Of a stretch of DNA of 55,054 nt, positions 1-8,528 are shown piece by piece. This stretch comes from Betaproteobacteria bacterium (lineage in GTDB: Bacteria; Pseudomonadota; Gammaproteobacteria; Burkholderiales; CAIKXV01): assembly GCA_947458835.1 (NCBI GenBank), contig CANHBC010000003.1, positions 1-55,054 on the forward strand. The letters are read 5' to 3'. A model generated the notes under the pieces. It was not told the DNA's origin and searched no databases. It saw only the letters and a program-made list of their open reading frames with translations. Made by a program: the position numbers and the translations under genes. Position 1 is the stretch's first letter, and every line of letters starts with the position of its first letter.

Positions 1-925
1 CTTCGGTGTCGACCGGTCTGCGCACCCACGGCCCGCCGTCGGTGCCGAACGCCGCGGCCTGCAGCAGTTGGCGCACGGCGCGGCGGGCTGCACCGTGGCG
101 GCGCAAGTCGCTGCGTTCGTGGGTGGTCGTGCCGCCATCGTCGGCGCCGCCTCGCCGTTCGACCATCGGCCAGCGTGCGACGATGCGTCGTACCTCCGCC
201 ATCAGGTCGGGGTCGGCATGCAGCGGGTCGGTGTCCTGCCCCTCGTCACCCTGGTTGCCGTGGTTGCCGAGCAGGCGGTCGGCACCGTCGGCGTCGAGCG
301 CTACGGCCATCGGGTCCAGCAGTGCGAACAGGTCTGCCGTGGTGGCGCTTGCATCATCGTACAGGCGGCGGTGCACGTCGCCCAGCGCACCTGGCGCGTA
401 GCGTGCAGCAGCGGGCCATCCGGCTGGCGGGCCGATCAGGCTCCAGAGCCCCTCGGGGGCCGCACCAGCCGAGAAGAACGAGGTGAACTCGACGTCCGGA
501 TGCAGCCGGCACAGTTGCGCGTTGATGACGCAGTCGAAGGCCCAGTTGGCCGCCAGGCTGGGGCGCTGGTACATCCGGGTGTGGCCGAGCAGCACGTGGT
601 AGAGCTCGTGCATCACCAGCATCGACAGGTGTGCGTCGGTGCGGCAGCGCTGCGCGACGAACGCGGGGTTGATCAGCATCCGCGAGCACGCACCGACGGT
701 CACCGCCGCAGTGGGCACGGCATCGGTGGCCTCGATCGAGAGCAACTGCAGCAGCTTGCCGAACGCCGGGTGGCGCAACGGCACGCACTGCCGGATGCGG
801 TCGGCGAGCAGTCGCTGCTCGAGCGAAGAGAGCGGGGCGGTGGTGGTTGGGGTGGCGGCGGAGGTGGAGGTTGAGGTGGTGTCCCCGGTGGGCTCCCCGG
901 CGGGCAGTGCGACGGCGTGCGTCAT
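1..925 (-). CDS. DUF2201-like HEXXH metallopeptidase (MoxR-associated; C-terminal vWA expected outside window), 3'-truncated by window edge
   Basis: Not in ORF track. Manual translation from ATG 925 is open to position 1: MTHAVALP...VPTAAVT...MLINPAFVAQRC...LVMHELYHVLLGH...ANWAFDCVIN. Start overlaps the upstream stop (ATGA). Confidence 0.8.
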   Translation of the reverse strand, partial: MTHAVALPAGEPTGDTTSTSTSAATPTTTAPLSSLEQRLLADRIRQCVPLRHPAFGKLLQLLSIEATDAVPTAAVTVGACSRMLINPAFVAQRCRTDAHLSMLVMHELYHVLLGHTRMYQRPSLAANWAFDCVINAQLCRLHPDVEFTSFFSAGAAPEGLWSLIGPPAGWPAAARYAPGALGDVHRRLYDDASATTADLFALLDPMAVALDADGADRLLGNHGNQGDEGQDTDPLHADPDLMAEVRRIVARWPMVERRGGADDGGTTTHERSDLRRHGAARRAVRQLLQAAAFGTDGGPWVRRPVDTE

Positions 926-1731
926 GAGCGGGCTTTCCTCTTCGAGCGGATGGTGGTCGTGACGGGCTGCACCTGGCCGGGCTGCACCGGCAGCCAGATC
1001 TCCCAGGTGCCCGACGGGGTGGCGCCGCTCCAGAGATCGAGCAGGTTCGAAAGCGCCGGCGCCGCATCGCGCAGGAACACCGGCCCGCGGATGGCGGAGA
1101 CCAGACGCGCGGCGAGCAGCGGACAAGCGACGCCCTTCGGTGCGTCGGGCGCCTTTCGTCGGTCGGTGCCGGTGGCAATGTCGCTGCCGAAGGGAATGAC
1201 GAAGGCCACGCGCGGCACCCACTTCGGCCACTCGATCGATTCGAGCCGGGCGGTGAGCTCTTGCACCAGCGCGCCTTCCGGCAGCGGCATCACCCGGTCG
1301 AACTCGCGCCGCGCCGCGCGGCGGGACGCGTCCGGACCATGGGCTCGTCCTGACTGCCGCGCGATGGCGACCAGTGCGCGGGCCAGTCCGAGGGGCGCGG
1401 TCAGGCGCCGCGATGCGAAGGTCATGCGCAGGTGGGCACACAAGGCCGTCGGCAGTTCGACATGAGCCACGCAGAGCGCGTTGGACAGCAACTTGCCGCC
1501 GCCGGGCCCCACGGGTACCGGGCGCGGGGCCTGGGGGGTGGCGTCGCGGCTGGTGGTCGATGGCTCGCAGCTTGCCTGCGACCCTGACGCGCTTGACGCA
1601 ACTCGCGGCAGCGTCAGGGGGCAGCGAACCTGCGCCGCGGACGGGCTCTGCGCCAGCCTCGGCAGCGTCACGGTCGAGCGCGGCGGCGCGCTCATGTTCG
1701 CAAGGGTCGGGGAAGGCGATTCAGGCTGCAT
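922..1731 (-). CDS. Hypothetical protein, middle gene of the MoxR operon
   Basis: 269-aa ORF overlapping both neighbours on the same strand; no motif recognised. Confidence 0.6.
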   Translation of the reverse strand: MQPESPSPTLANMSAPPRSTVTLPRLAQSPSAAQVRCPLTLPRVASSASGSQASCEPSTTSRDATPQAPRPVPVGPGGGKLLSNALCVAHVELPTALCAHLRMTFASRRLTAPLGLARALVAIARQSGRAHGPDASRRAARREFDRVMPLPEGALVQELTARLESIEWPKWVPRVAFVIPFGSDIATGTDRRKAPDAPKGVACPLLAARLVSAIRGPVFLRDAAPALSNLLDLWSGATPSGTWEIWLPVQPGQVQPVTTTIRSKRKARS

Positions 1732-3298
1732 GGTCGTCCGCGAGGTCGAGGTGGGCGCGCAGTGACGACTGCTGGCGCGTCAGCAACGCCGGTTCGGATG
1801 TGCCGTCGTCGTGCGCGTAGAGCGCCGCGCCGAGGTTGCCCAGTGCGACCTGGGCGGGGTCGCCGGTGTCGAGCGCTTCCATCGCGGCGACCAGCTCGTT
1901 GAAGCCGGCGATACGACTGCGCGGGACCTCGTGCCGCAGGTTCGGCCGCTCTTCGAACGACACCTGCGACGTGAACGGCTCGGCGAGCAGTTCCAGCGTC
2001 GTCGCGTCGACGCAGTCCAGCTCGACGAGCGCCGGCAGCAACGTCTGCGCCAGGATCCAGCGCGCCTGCTTTTCCTGCGAAGCCAGGGCGTCGGTCACGA
2101 GCAGCGACATCGTGTGCCGCTCGACCCGACCGGGGCTCGTCTTCAGGACATCCAGCGCCAGGCCGACGCGCCGCACCGGGTGCACCTCATCGAGGATGCG
2201 TGCCAGCGTGGCGTCGCCTTGCGCCAGCGATGCCGCGTCGACCGCCTGCCGGTGGATGGAAGCGACGAGCCCGGCATCGACGGGCTTGCCCTGCGCCCGG
2301 TGCGGCAACGAGTAGCGGAGCGCAACGAGGGCGGTGTCGGCGATCGTACTGCGCTCGGCGCCCGGGTCTTCTTCGCCGCCCGCGTTGCCCGGGCCGTTCG
2401 CGTGGGTCACGTTGACTACGTTGCACTCCCCGAGCGTCATGCGCGCGCCGTGCACGGCCGCGATGTTGGCTGCCAGCATGGCAGCGCGTCGCCCGGAGAT
2501 CGCCAGCCCCGCCTGGCGCAGCGGCACCACCAGCGCCGACGTGTAGGCCGTGATCCATTCGCCGTGCAGCGCCGCGCAGAGCGCGGTGGCGTGCCCGCAC
2601 CGGACCACCAGTGCGGGTACGTCGATCGCCTTGGCCTCCGGGTGGACCGGGCCGAGGCCGCTGCGGATCACGCAGCGGCGCGCTTCGGGCGACAGATCGT
2701 CCAGGGCCGGCAGGTGCAGCACGAAGCCGAACCGGTCCGCCAGCGCGGGGTCGAGCGGGAGCGATCCGACATAGACGTCCAGCTCATCGGGTGCGTCCGG
2801 CGCCGCCGGCGGGTTCATCGCCGCCCAGCGGTAACGCAGTCCGTCCAGCGCGATGCCCTGCACGCGCTTCTCGTGGACGATCGAGAAGAGCTTGTTCTGC
2901 ACCTCGGGCCGGCAGCGGCTGATCTCGTCGAGGAAGACACTCTGCGCGCCCCAGAGCGTGGCCGGCGTGCGCAGGTAGCGCAGGCCATCGCCGTCCGGGA
3001 CGGGGAAGCCCACCAGGTCGTCGAAGGAGATCAGGCTGGCGTTGTAGTGACGGTGCTCGAGCCGCAGCGCGACGGCCAGCCGCTCGAGCAGCGCGCTCTT
3101 CGCGCTGCCGTGCGGCCCGATCAGAAGCATCGGCGTCTCGGACGCCAGCGCCGCCAGCACCGGCGCGTCGAGGTGCGACAGACCGTGAAGGCCGAGACTG
3201 GAGAGCAACCCCGTCGCACGAGTCGATACCGCGACTGTCGTTGCGACGGGTACCGCCGGCTCGCCGGCGTTTTCACCACGAGATGTGCGTTGCTTCAA
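1721..3298 (-). CDS. MoxR-family AAA+ ATPase with long C-terminal extension
   Basis: Walker A GPHGSAKS, Walker B VFLDEISR, AAMNP, LDPALADRF. TTG 3298 follows an AGGAGCAGGAG RBS. Confidence 0.88.
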   Translation of the reverse strand: MKQRTSRGENAGEPAVPVATTVAVSTRATGLLSSLGLHGLSHLDAPVLAALASETPMLLIGPHGSAKSALLERLAVALRLEHRHYNASLISFDDLVGFPVPDGDGLRYLRTPATLWGAQSVFLDEISRCRPEVQNKLFSIVHEKRVQGIALDGLRYRWAAMNPPAAPDAPDELDVYVGSLPLDPALADRFGFVLHLPALDDLSPEARRCVIRSGLGPVHPEAKAIDVPALVVRCGHATALCAALHGEWITAYTSALVVPLRQAGLAISGRRAAMLAANIAAVHGARMTLGECNVVNVTHANGPGNAGGEEDPGAERSTIADTALVALRYSLPHRAQGKPVDAGLVASIHRQAVDAASLAQGDATLARILDEVHPVRRVGLALDVLKTSPGRVERHTMSLLVTDALASQEKQARWILAQTLLPALVELDCVDATTLELLAEPFTSQVSFEERPNLRHEVPRSRIAGFNELVAAMEALDTGDPAQVALGNLGAALYAHDDGTSEPALLTRQQSSLRAHLDLADDHAA

Positions 3299-3627
3299 GC
3301 TCCTGCTCCTCACCGTCCACGCGAGTGGCGCAGGCGGCACCGGACGGAGCAGGGCGCAGCCGACGCTTTAGCAGCATTTGTGGATCGCCCTGCAAGTTGT
3401 CGATCAACTCGGCGATTGAAAATGAAACGGCCCTCGAGAACGAGGGCCGCCTGCCTGCTGTTGTTGCGCTTGCCCCGAAGGACTGCGCCTCATCCCCGAT
3501 CTGGTCGGGTACCACCTTGCCGCAGGACGGCAGGTTGGCGACAGGCAGGCGGCCTGCGCTCTTGATGACATGATGAGGTTACTACGGAGTGGTTTTGGGT
3601 GCAATGGGGTGGTGTCGGGAAGAGTCG

Positions 3628-4056
3628 TTACAACACAGGTAGCCGTTTCCATCCATAGCGCCGCGCTGCCTCGAGCGTCGCGTTCCAGTCCAGGACCCGC
3701 CACGTCCCGTCGCCCTGGGGTAGCGCATTGAGCGGGCCGCGCCGGGCGATGACGCCGGCGCATGCTGCAGCCATCCGCTTCGCTGCGTTGTGCCAGAACG
3801 TCGCCTCCGGCAGTACCGGCTCGCGGCCGTGCAGGCAGTCGATGTCGATCCACCTCGTGTCGGTCACGGTGTCAAAACACGATCCCGGATCGTCTGGCAG
3901 ACGCGTCGGCAGTGGTCCGAGGTCTATGACGCGACGCGCAAACGCCCCGTCGTTTTCGCCAGGAAGACGCGGCGCCCAACCCGCGGGGATCGGTGATCGA
4001 GCGAAAGCGTCGTCTCTCGCGTCTTCCATTGGACCGCCCTTCCGATCGAAGCTCAC
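3628..4056 (-). CDS. Small ParB/Srx-like protein
   Basis: C-terminal PLNALPQGDGTWRVLDWNATLEAARRYGWKRLPV resembles the ParB-N core. GTG start overlaps the regulator stop (GTGA). Confidence 0.5.
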   Translation of the reverse strand: MSFDRKGGPMEDARDDAFARSPIPAGWAPRLPGENDGAFARRVIDLGPLPTRLPDDPGSCFDTVTDTRWIDIDCLHGREPVLPEATFWHNAAKRMAAACAGVIARRGPLNALPQGDGTWRVLDWNATLEAARRYGWKRLPVL

Positions 4057-4724
4057 GCCCGCGGCCCCCGAAACAACTGCGCCGGCCGAAACGCGCCCAC
4101 CCGGAACTCCCCCTCCACCGGCACCAGCAGGTCCCGGTCCGACAGCCGTCGCCGGAAGCTCGACTTGTCGAGCGGGTGGCCTAGCACATGCTCGCAGAAC
4201 GATTGCAGTTCACCGAGCGTGAACGCTTCCGGCAGGCAGCCGAACGGCAGGTCCAGCACGTCGATGTCAGCGCGCATCGCACGCACTGCCTTGTCGACGA
4301 GCGTCGCGTGGTCGAAGGCCAGCGGCGCCGCGATCGCCTCGTCCACGCTGCGCCACGCGAGTGCTTCGATGCGCTTGCCGGCGCTGAAGTCGGGCGCGTC
4401 GGCCGGGACCAGCCCCCGATAGACGACGCTCAGTGCCCAGGGCGCACGCGGATCGCGCTGGGGCCCGCCCACCGCGCACAGCTGGCGCAGCAGCGGCAGC
4501 GGTGCGCCCAGGCGCTCGGTCGCCACGCGCTGTGCGGCGGCGTCGAGCGAGGCGTCGAGATCCACCCGCAGCACCCCGCCGGGCAGCGCCCAGCGCCCGG
4601 CATGCGGCGCCTCGGCGCGTCGGGCGAGCAGGACCTGCAGCGTGCCCTCGCGCACCGCGAAGACTGCGAACTCGAGTCGGGTGAAAGGCATCGGATGGAT
4701 TGAGGGAGTAGGCGTGGCAGCCAT
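4053..4724 (-). CDS. nrtR: NrtR-family Nudix + winged-helix transcriptional regulator
   Basis: LQVLLARR...WALPGG, degenerate Nudix box, RDPR, LAFDH, then wHTH FTLGELQ...LDKSSFRRRL...RPAQLF. Start uncertain (4691/4724/4754). Confidence 0.85.
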   Translation of the reverse strand: MAATPTPSIHPMPFTRLEFAVFAVREGTLQVLLARRAEAPHAGRWALPGGVLRVDLDASLDAAAQRVATERLGAPLPLLRQLCAVGGPQRDPRAPWALSVVYRGLVPADAPDFSAGKRIEALAWRSVDEAIAAPLAFDHATLVDKAVRAMRADIDVLDLPFGCLPEAFTLGELQSFCEHVLGHPLDKSSFRRRLSDRDLLVPVEGEFRVGAFRPAQLFRGPRA

Positions 4725-4745
4725 GCTGTGTGGACCGAAAGTTGA

Positions 4746-4800
4746 TAGTTGCATCGTACACCTAAGATATGCATACTGTGTTCGTTGCTAAATGCAACTA
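4746..4800. promoter_or_regulatory. Two 19-bp palindromic operators (TAGTTGCA-N3-TGCAACTA-like) in the divergent promoter
   Basis: TAGTTGCATCGTACACCTA (4746-4764) and TCGTTGCTAAATGCAACTA (4782-4800) in an AT-rich spacer, next to the AGGAGG RBS at 4801. Confidence 0.7.
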
Positions 4801-4811
4801 AGGAGGCTCGA

Positions 4812-5780
4812 TTGAATGCTTACGATGTGATCGGCGACATCCACGGCTATGCCGCACCGCTCGAGGCGCTGCTGGGGCGGATGGGCTACGTCCCGAATGG
4901 GAAGGGCTGGCGCGCGCCGGTCGGGCGCAAGGCCGTCTTCGTTGGCGACCTGGTCGACCGGGGTCCCGAGCAGGTGCGGGTTGTGGAACTGGTGCGGTCG
5001 ATGGTCGACGACGGACAGGCGGTGTGTGTGCTCGGCAACCACGAGTACAGCGCGATCGGCTGGGTGACCCGGCGGCTGGGGCCCGACGGGAAGCCCGTCG
5101 GCGAAGGCAAACGCTTGGATGAGTTGCCGCCGGAGGCGTGGTTGAAGAAGCACACGGCACGGAACCTGGACAACCACGCCGAGTTTCTGAAGCAGGTGGA
5201 GGAGGGGTCCGATCTGCACAAGGACATGATCCGGTGGTTCCGCACGCTACCGGTCGCGCTGGACCTCGGTGGCATCCGCGTCGCCCACGCCTGGTGGAAC
5301 GACACGTTCGTCCGGCGTCTGGACGAGCGCCTGCGCAACGGTCTTGACGACGCGTTCCTGCAGGTCGCGGGCGTGAGAGGGTCACCGGAGTGGCTGGCGA
5401 TGGAAGGCGTGACCAAGGGGCTGGAGGCGAAACTGCCTGATGGCGTGACCTTCGTCGACCACGGCGGGGTCGTGCGGCCTGAGGTACGTCTGCGCTGGTG
5501 GTTGCCCAAGGGCAGCAGCTGGCGCGCGGCAGCCTTCGTCTCGGACGAAGCGCGCGAGCGGCTGTGCGACCGCACGCCAGTACCCGACTGCGACGGCTTC
5601 GGCGAGGTCGAGGGCGCACCGGTGTTCATCGGCCACTACTGGATGGACGGGCCGCGTACGCCGCAGTCGTCGAAGGTCGCCTGCTGCGACTACTCGGTGC
5701 CGAGGTCGGGTCGGATGGTGGCGTATCGGTGGGATGGGGAGGCGGAACTCAGTTCAGCCAACTTCGTGGAGGCGAGGTGA
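4812..5780 (+). CDS. Calcineurin-like metallophosphoesterase (ApaH/PrpE-like)
   Basis: Motifs GDIHG, GDLVDRG, GNHE, GHYW. TTG start after AGGAGG. Confidence 0.88.
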   Translation: MNAYDVIGDIHGYAAPLEALLGRMGYVPNGKGWRAPVGRKAVFVGDLVDRGPEQVRVVELVRSMVDDGQAVCVLGNHEYSAIGWVTRRLGPDGKPVGEGKRLDELPPEAWLKKHTARNLDNHAEFLKQVEEGSDLHKDMIRWFRTLPVALDLGGIRVAHAWWNDTFVRRLDERLRNGLDDAFLQVAGVRGSPEWLAMEGVTKGLEAKLPDGVTFVDHGGVVRPEVRLRWWLPKGSSWRAAAFVSDEARERLCDRTPVPDCDGFGEVEGAPVFIGHYWMDGPRTPQSSKVACCDYSVPRSGRMVAYRWDGEAELSSANFVEAR

Positions 5781-6313
5781 TGCCTGTCGATGATGCTCTG
5801 GATGTTTCGCGCGGGGGCGCATCGGTGGTCGGTGCCGTTTTTGAAAGCCCCGTCGAGCGGGCGGTTGTCATCGCACTGCACGCGCACCGCGGACAGGTCG
5901 ACAAGGCGGGTGCACCGTACGTGCTCCACCCGCTGCGCATGATGGCGAGGATGACCGACGATGACTCGCGCATGGCCGCCGTGCTGCACGACGTTGTCGA
6001 GGATAGCCCCGGCTGGACCTTCGAACGGCTGCGCGCGGAGGGAATCCCCGATGCGGTCGTCGAGGCGGTTGCCTTCCTCACGAAGCGCCCCGAAGAGGAA
6101 GGCGACTACGAGGCGTTCATCCGACGCGCCGCGCGCAATCCGATCGCATGCCGCGTGAAGGTTGCGGATCTGGAGGACAACATGGATCTGTCGAGGATTG
6201 CCGCGCCGGGGGAGCGGGACTTTCGGTGGGTCGAGAAGTACCGGAAGGCGAAGGTGTTGTTGGAGCAGTTGGGTGACCGTGTGCCGGCTTCGAAGGATGC
6301 CTCGGACCACTGA
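5780..6313 (+). CDS. Stand-alone HD hydrolase, Mesh1/SpoT (small alarmone hydrolase)-like
   Basis: AHRGQVDKAGAPYVLHP, AAVLHDVVED, VKVADLEDN. TGATG coupling to the upstream gene. Confidence 0.85.
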   Translation: MPVDDALDVSRGGASVVGAVFESPVERAVVIALHAHRGQVDKAGAPYVLHPLRMMARMTDDDSRMAAVLHDVVEDSPGWTFERLRAEGIPDAVVEAVAFLTKRPEEEGDYEAFIRRAARNPIACRVKVADLEDNMDLSRIAAPGERDFRWVEKYRKAKVLLEQLGDRVPASKDASDH

Positions 6314-6319
6314 GAAATG

Positions 6320-7135
6320 TCAGTAGCCTGCAAGTGGCGGCAAGTCGCGCGCCAGCCCTGCGTCGGTACTCGGCGTCATGAGCAATGCGGCAAGACTTTC
6401 GGCTAGTGCCACAGTCACCTGTCCCCACTCCCCGCGCGAGCCATACTTTGAAGGATGCCCAACCATCAGGAGAGGCGTCGTTCTGCCAACGCACTCGACC
6501 AGCGCGTCTGCGCGGCGAAAGATCTGAGCGGGCGAGCGACCGTTTGGCGTGAACACCGCGTTTGCCTGACTTTCAGTGATCGTACCGGGCGCGCAGTGAA
6601 GCTTCGTGAACAGGCTGTATGCCGTGCTGGAGATCAACAGGATTGCACGTGGCTGGACGGCAGTGATGATTCGCGACAGGAATGGTTTCGCCTCCAGCGC
6701 CGCCTGCCGCGGATCCATGCTGAGCGACTGCGTGTCGCGGGAGCGGCGAAAAATGACGTTGGTCATCGGCACCTGCCGGATGATGTCTACAGAGCGGGTG
6801 TCGAGTGCAGCCGATAGAAGATCGTACAGGGGCCGCGCGAGCGAATATCTCGGATCATTCCGGAAGCGGGGAATGTCATGCTCCCAGTTCTCAAAGAAGC
6901 TCGAAGACGCTGCCAGGCTCGGGCCATTCTCGGCGCCGCCTGGATTCTGCCCCAGGACAAGCAGGGGGGATGGATCGATCCGGGAGTAGAAGATCTTGTA
7001 TTGGCCGGGGGTGGAAAAGCCGGTGACCGCACGATAGTCACGGTCGATCTCTTGCATCAACGCAGGCGTTGCGTCGAGGTCGGATGAATTCGTCGCACCA
7101 GGGCCGGAGGCCTGCTGAAACTCGATCTTTTGCAT
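6320..7135 (-). CDS. Uracil-DNA glycosylase-fold protein
   Basis: LLVLGQNPGG, TNVIFRRS, VGHPS match UDG-superfamily motif order. Confidence 0.65.
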   Translation of the reverse strand: MQKIEFQQASGPGATNSSDLDATPALMQEIDRDYRAVTGFSTPGQYKIFYSRIDPSPLLVLGQNPGGAENGPSLAASSSFFENWEHDIPRFRNDPRYSLARPLYDLLSAALDTRSVDIIRQVPMTNVIFRRSRDTQSLSMDPRQAALEAKPFLSRIITAVQPRAILLISSTAYSLFTKLHCAPGTITESQANAVFTPNGRSPAQIFRRADALVECVGRTTPLLMVGHPSKYGSRGEWGQVTVALAESLAALLMTPSTDAGLARDLPPLAGY

Positions 7136-7137
7136 GT

Positions 7138-7398
7138 TCAGTGCCCCTGTCGAATGACGGTGATGACTTCATCGGTCGCCGGATCGACGACGATGGCCGT
7201 GTTCATGAAGCGGCTCATCTGCTTCACGACGGTCGGGCCGACACCGCGCCCCAGTGCCCGTCGCGCTCGCTTGTCGAAGACGACGCGCTCTGCCGCATGC
7301 GAGGATTGGCGGGTGCCGTAAGCCAGAAGCCAATCCACGATCAACGGTGGAATACAGCGTTGCTGGGCTCGGACCTGTGCATGTCGCGTGAGAGTCAT
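7138..7398 (-). CDS. DUF4258-like small protein
   Basis: MTLTRHAQVRAQQRCIP...EVITVI pattern; overlaps the upstream stop. Confidence 0.65.
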   Translation of the reverse strand: MTLTRHAQVRAQQRCIPPLIVDWLLAYGTRQSSHAAERVVFDKRARRALGRGVGPTVVKQMSRFMNTAIVVDPATDEVITVIRQGH

Positions 7399-8201
7399 TT
7401 CTGCTTTACTTTTCCAGAGAGCTTCGAGGCGGCGGAGCTCCTTCGCTCGATAGCAGAGTCCGGCAAGTAACAGTTGAGGCCGGTCAGTTCGTCGTCCTCG
7501 AGCAGCATGCCGAAGGGCGTGAAGTAGTAAGGGCCCTCCAGCAGGGGAGCTTTGTCTGCTCCGTCACTCTCTGTGCCGCATTCCAGGCATTCCACGTAGA
7601 GCTTCTGAAGAAGTGCGCGGTAGGGTTGCAGAGGATCGAACACGACCGTCGCGATCCGTCCGAGCGGGGCGAATGCGCGATCGATGTCGTCCGTTTCGGC
7701 ATCGAATTGCGTCGCCTGGAGGTTCTTGACCAGCGTGCGCACGTGGTCCGGGCCCATTTGCGTGACGAGCACCTGGTTACTCGGACTGATGGGCTGATCG
7801 GGGATCATGAAGAAGTGATCGTGGAGGAACTCGGTCGACGCACCGAGGAGCATGAGAAGCCGGTTGAGCAGGCACTCGCGCGGGATATTCTTCTCCGTGC
7901 AGACCTCTTCCAGCAGTTGCGCCACGGAAGGGTCCAGGGCCAGTGAGATCTGGCTGGAGCCGTCCACTCCCGCGAACAGACTCTTGAGCTTGATCTCCAG
8001 GTAGCGGCGGGCTTCCGGGCTGTTGGTTACGGTCAGCTCCTCGCGGATGCGAGGAAGTTCCTTCGCCAATGCTCGGGTGATAAGGCCGTCGCGCCTTATG
8101 CAGGCGGCATCCGACCGCTCGTTAAGGGCGTCGAGGATGGGTTGCCAGACGCGGAGGGTGATCTTTGCGCGAGGGGCGATTGCTGGTTGCTTGGTAGCCA
8201 T
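7395..8201 (-). CDS. Hypothetical protein with two ribbon-helix-helix-like segments
   Basis: KITLRVWQPILDALNERSDAACIRRDGLITRAL and QISLALDPSVAQLLEEVCTEKNIPRECLLNRLL. Confidence 0.6.
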   Translation of the reverse strand: MATKQPAIAPRAKITLRVWQPILDALNERSDAACIRRDGLITRALAKELPRIREELTVTNSPEARRYLEIKLKSLFAGVDGSSQISLALDPSVAQLLEEVCTEKNIPRECLLNRLLMLLGASTEFLHDHFFMIPDQPISPSNQVLVTQMGPDHVRTLVKNLQATQFDAETDDIDRAFAPLGRIATVVFDPLQPYRALLQKLYVECLECGTESDGADKAPLLEGPYYFTPFGMLLEDDELTGLNCYLPDSAIERRSSAASKLSGKVKQK

Positions 8202-8210
8202 GACCAAAGA

Positions 8211-8228
8211 CTAAGGCAAAATCCTTAG
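8211..8228. promoter_or_regulatory. Palindrome CTAAGG-N6-CCTTAG, candidate autoregulatory operator
   Basis: CTAAGGCAAAATCCTTAG immediately upstream of the RHH-like gene. Confidence 0.4.
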
Positions 8229-8372
8229 AAATGCAAGGCGCACGGAATAACCGCTCGCATCAACCTCGGGAATCGTTATTACAAGGGCGTTTCATGGCGG
8301 CGCGTTGCGATCGATGACCGGCTACGTTCTTCTCTCTTCCGGTTGTCGCGTATTCCCGAAAAGGTATAGGCT

Positions 8373-8528
8373 GTGCCCGAGGGTCATGAATCCAGGCCGC
8401 TCTTCTGGATCGCCAGCAGCAAGAGGGACCTGATGGCATTGCCGCTCCGCGTGCGGAGGTTCTTCGGTCACGCATTGGACTTCGCGCAACATGCAGAGGA
8501 GTTGCGACATGGCAAGGCGCGTCATTGA
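8373..8528 (+). pseudogene. Internally deleted RelE/Gp49-like toxin remnant
   Basis: 51-codon ORF MPEGHESRPLFWIASSKRDLMALPLRVRRFFGHALDFAQ|HAEELRHGKARH: N-terminus joined to a short tail. Preceded by imperfect palindrome TATTCCCGAAAAGGTATA. Confidence 0.7.

Noticed and set aside
3395-3409. AGTTG-TCGAT-CAACT palindrome upstream of MoxR as a third NrtR box
   Set aside because: Spacing is 2 bp shorter than the 19-bp operators, so it may be chance.
3487-3497. GCCTCATCCCC, matching half of the WYL box
   Set aside because: The second half-site is absent and there is no matching -10 geometry.
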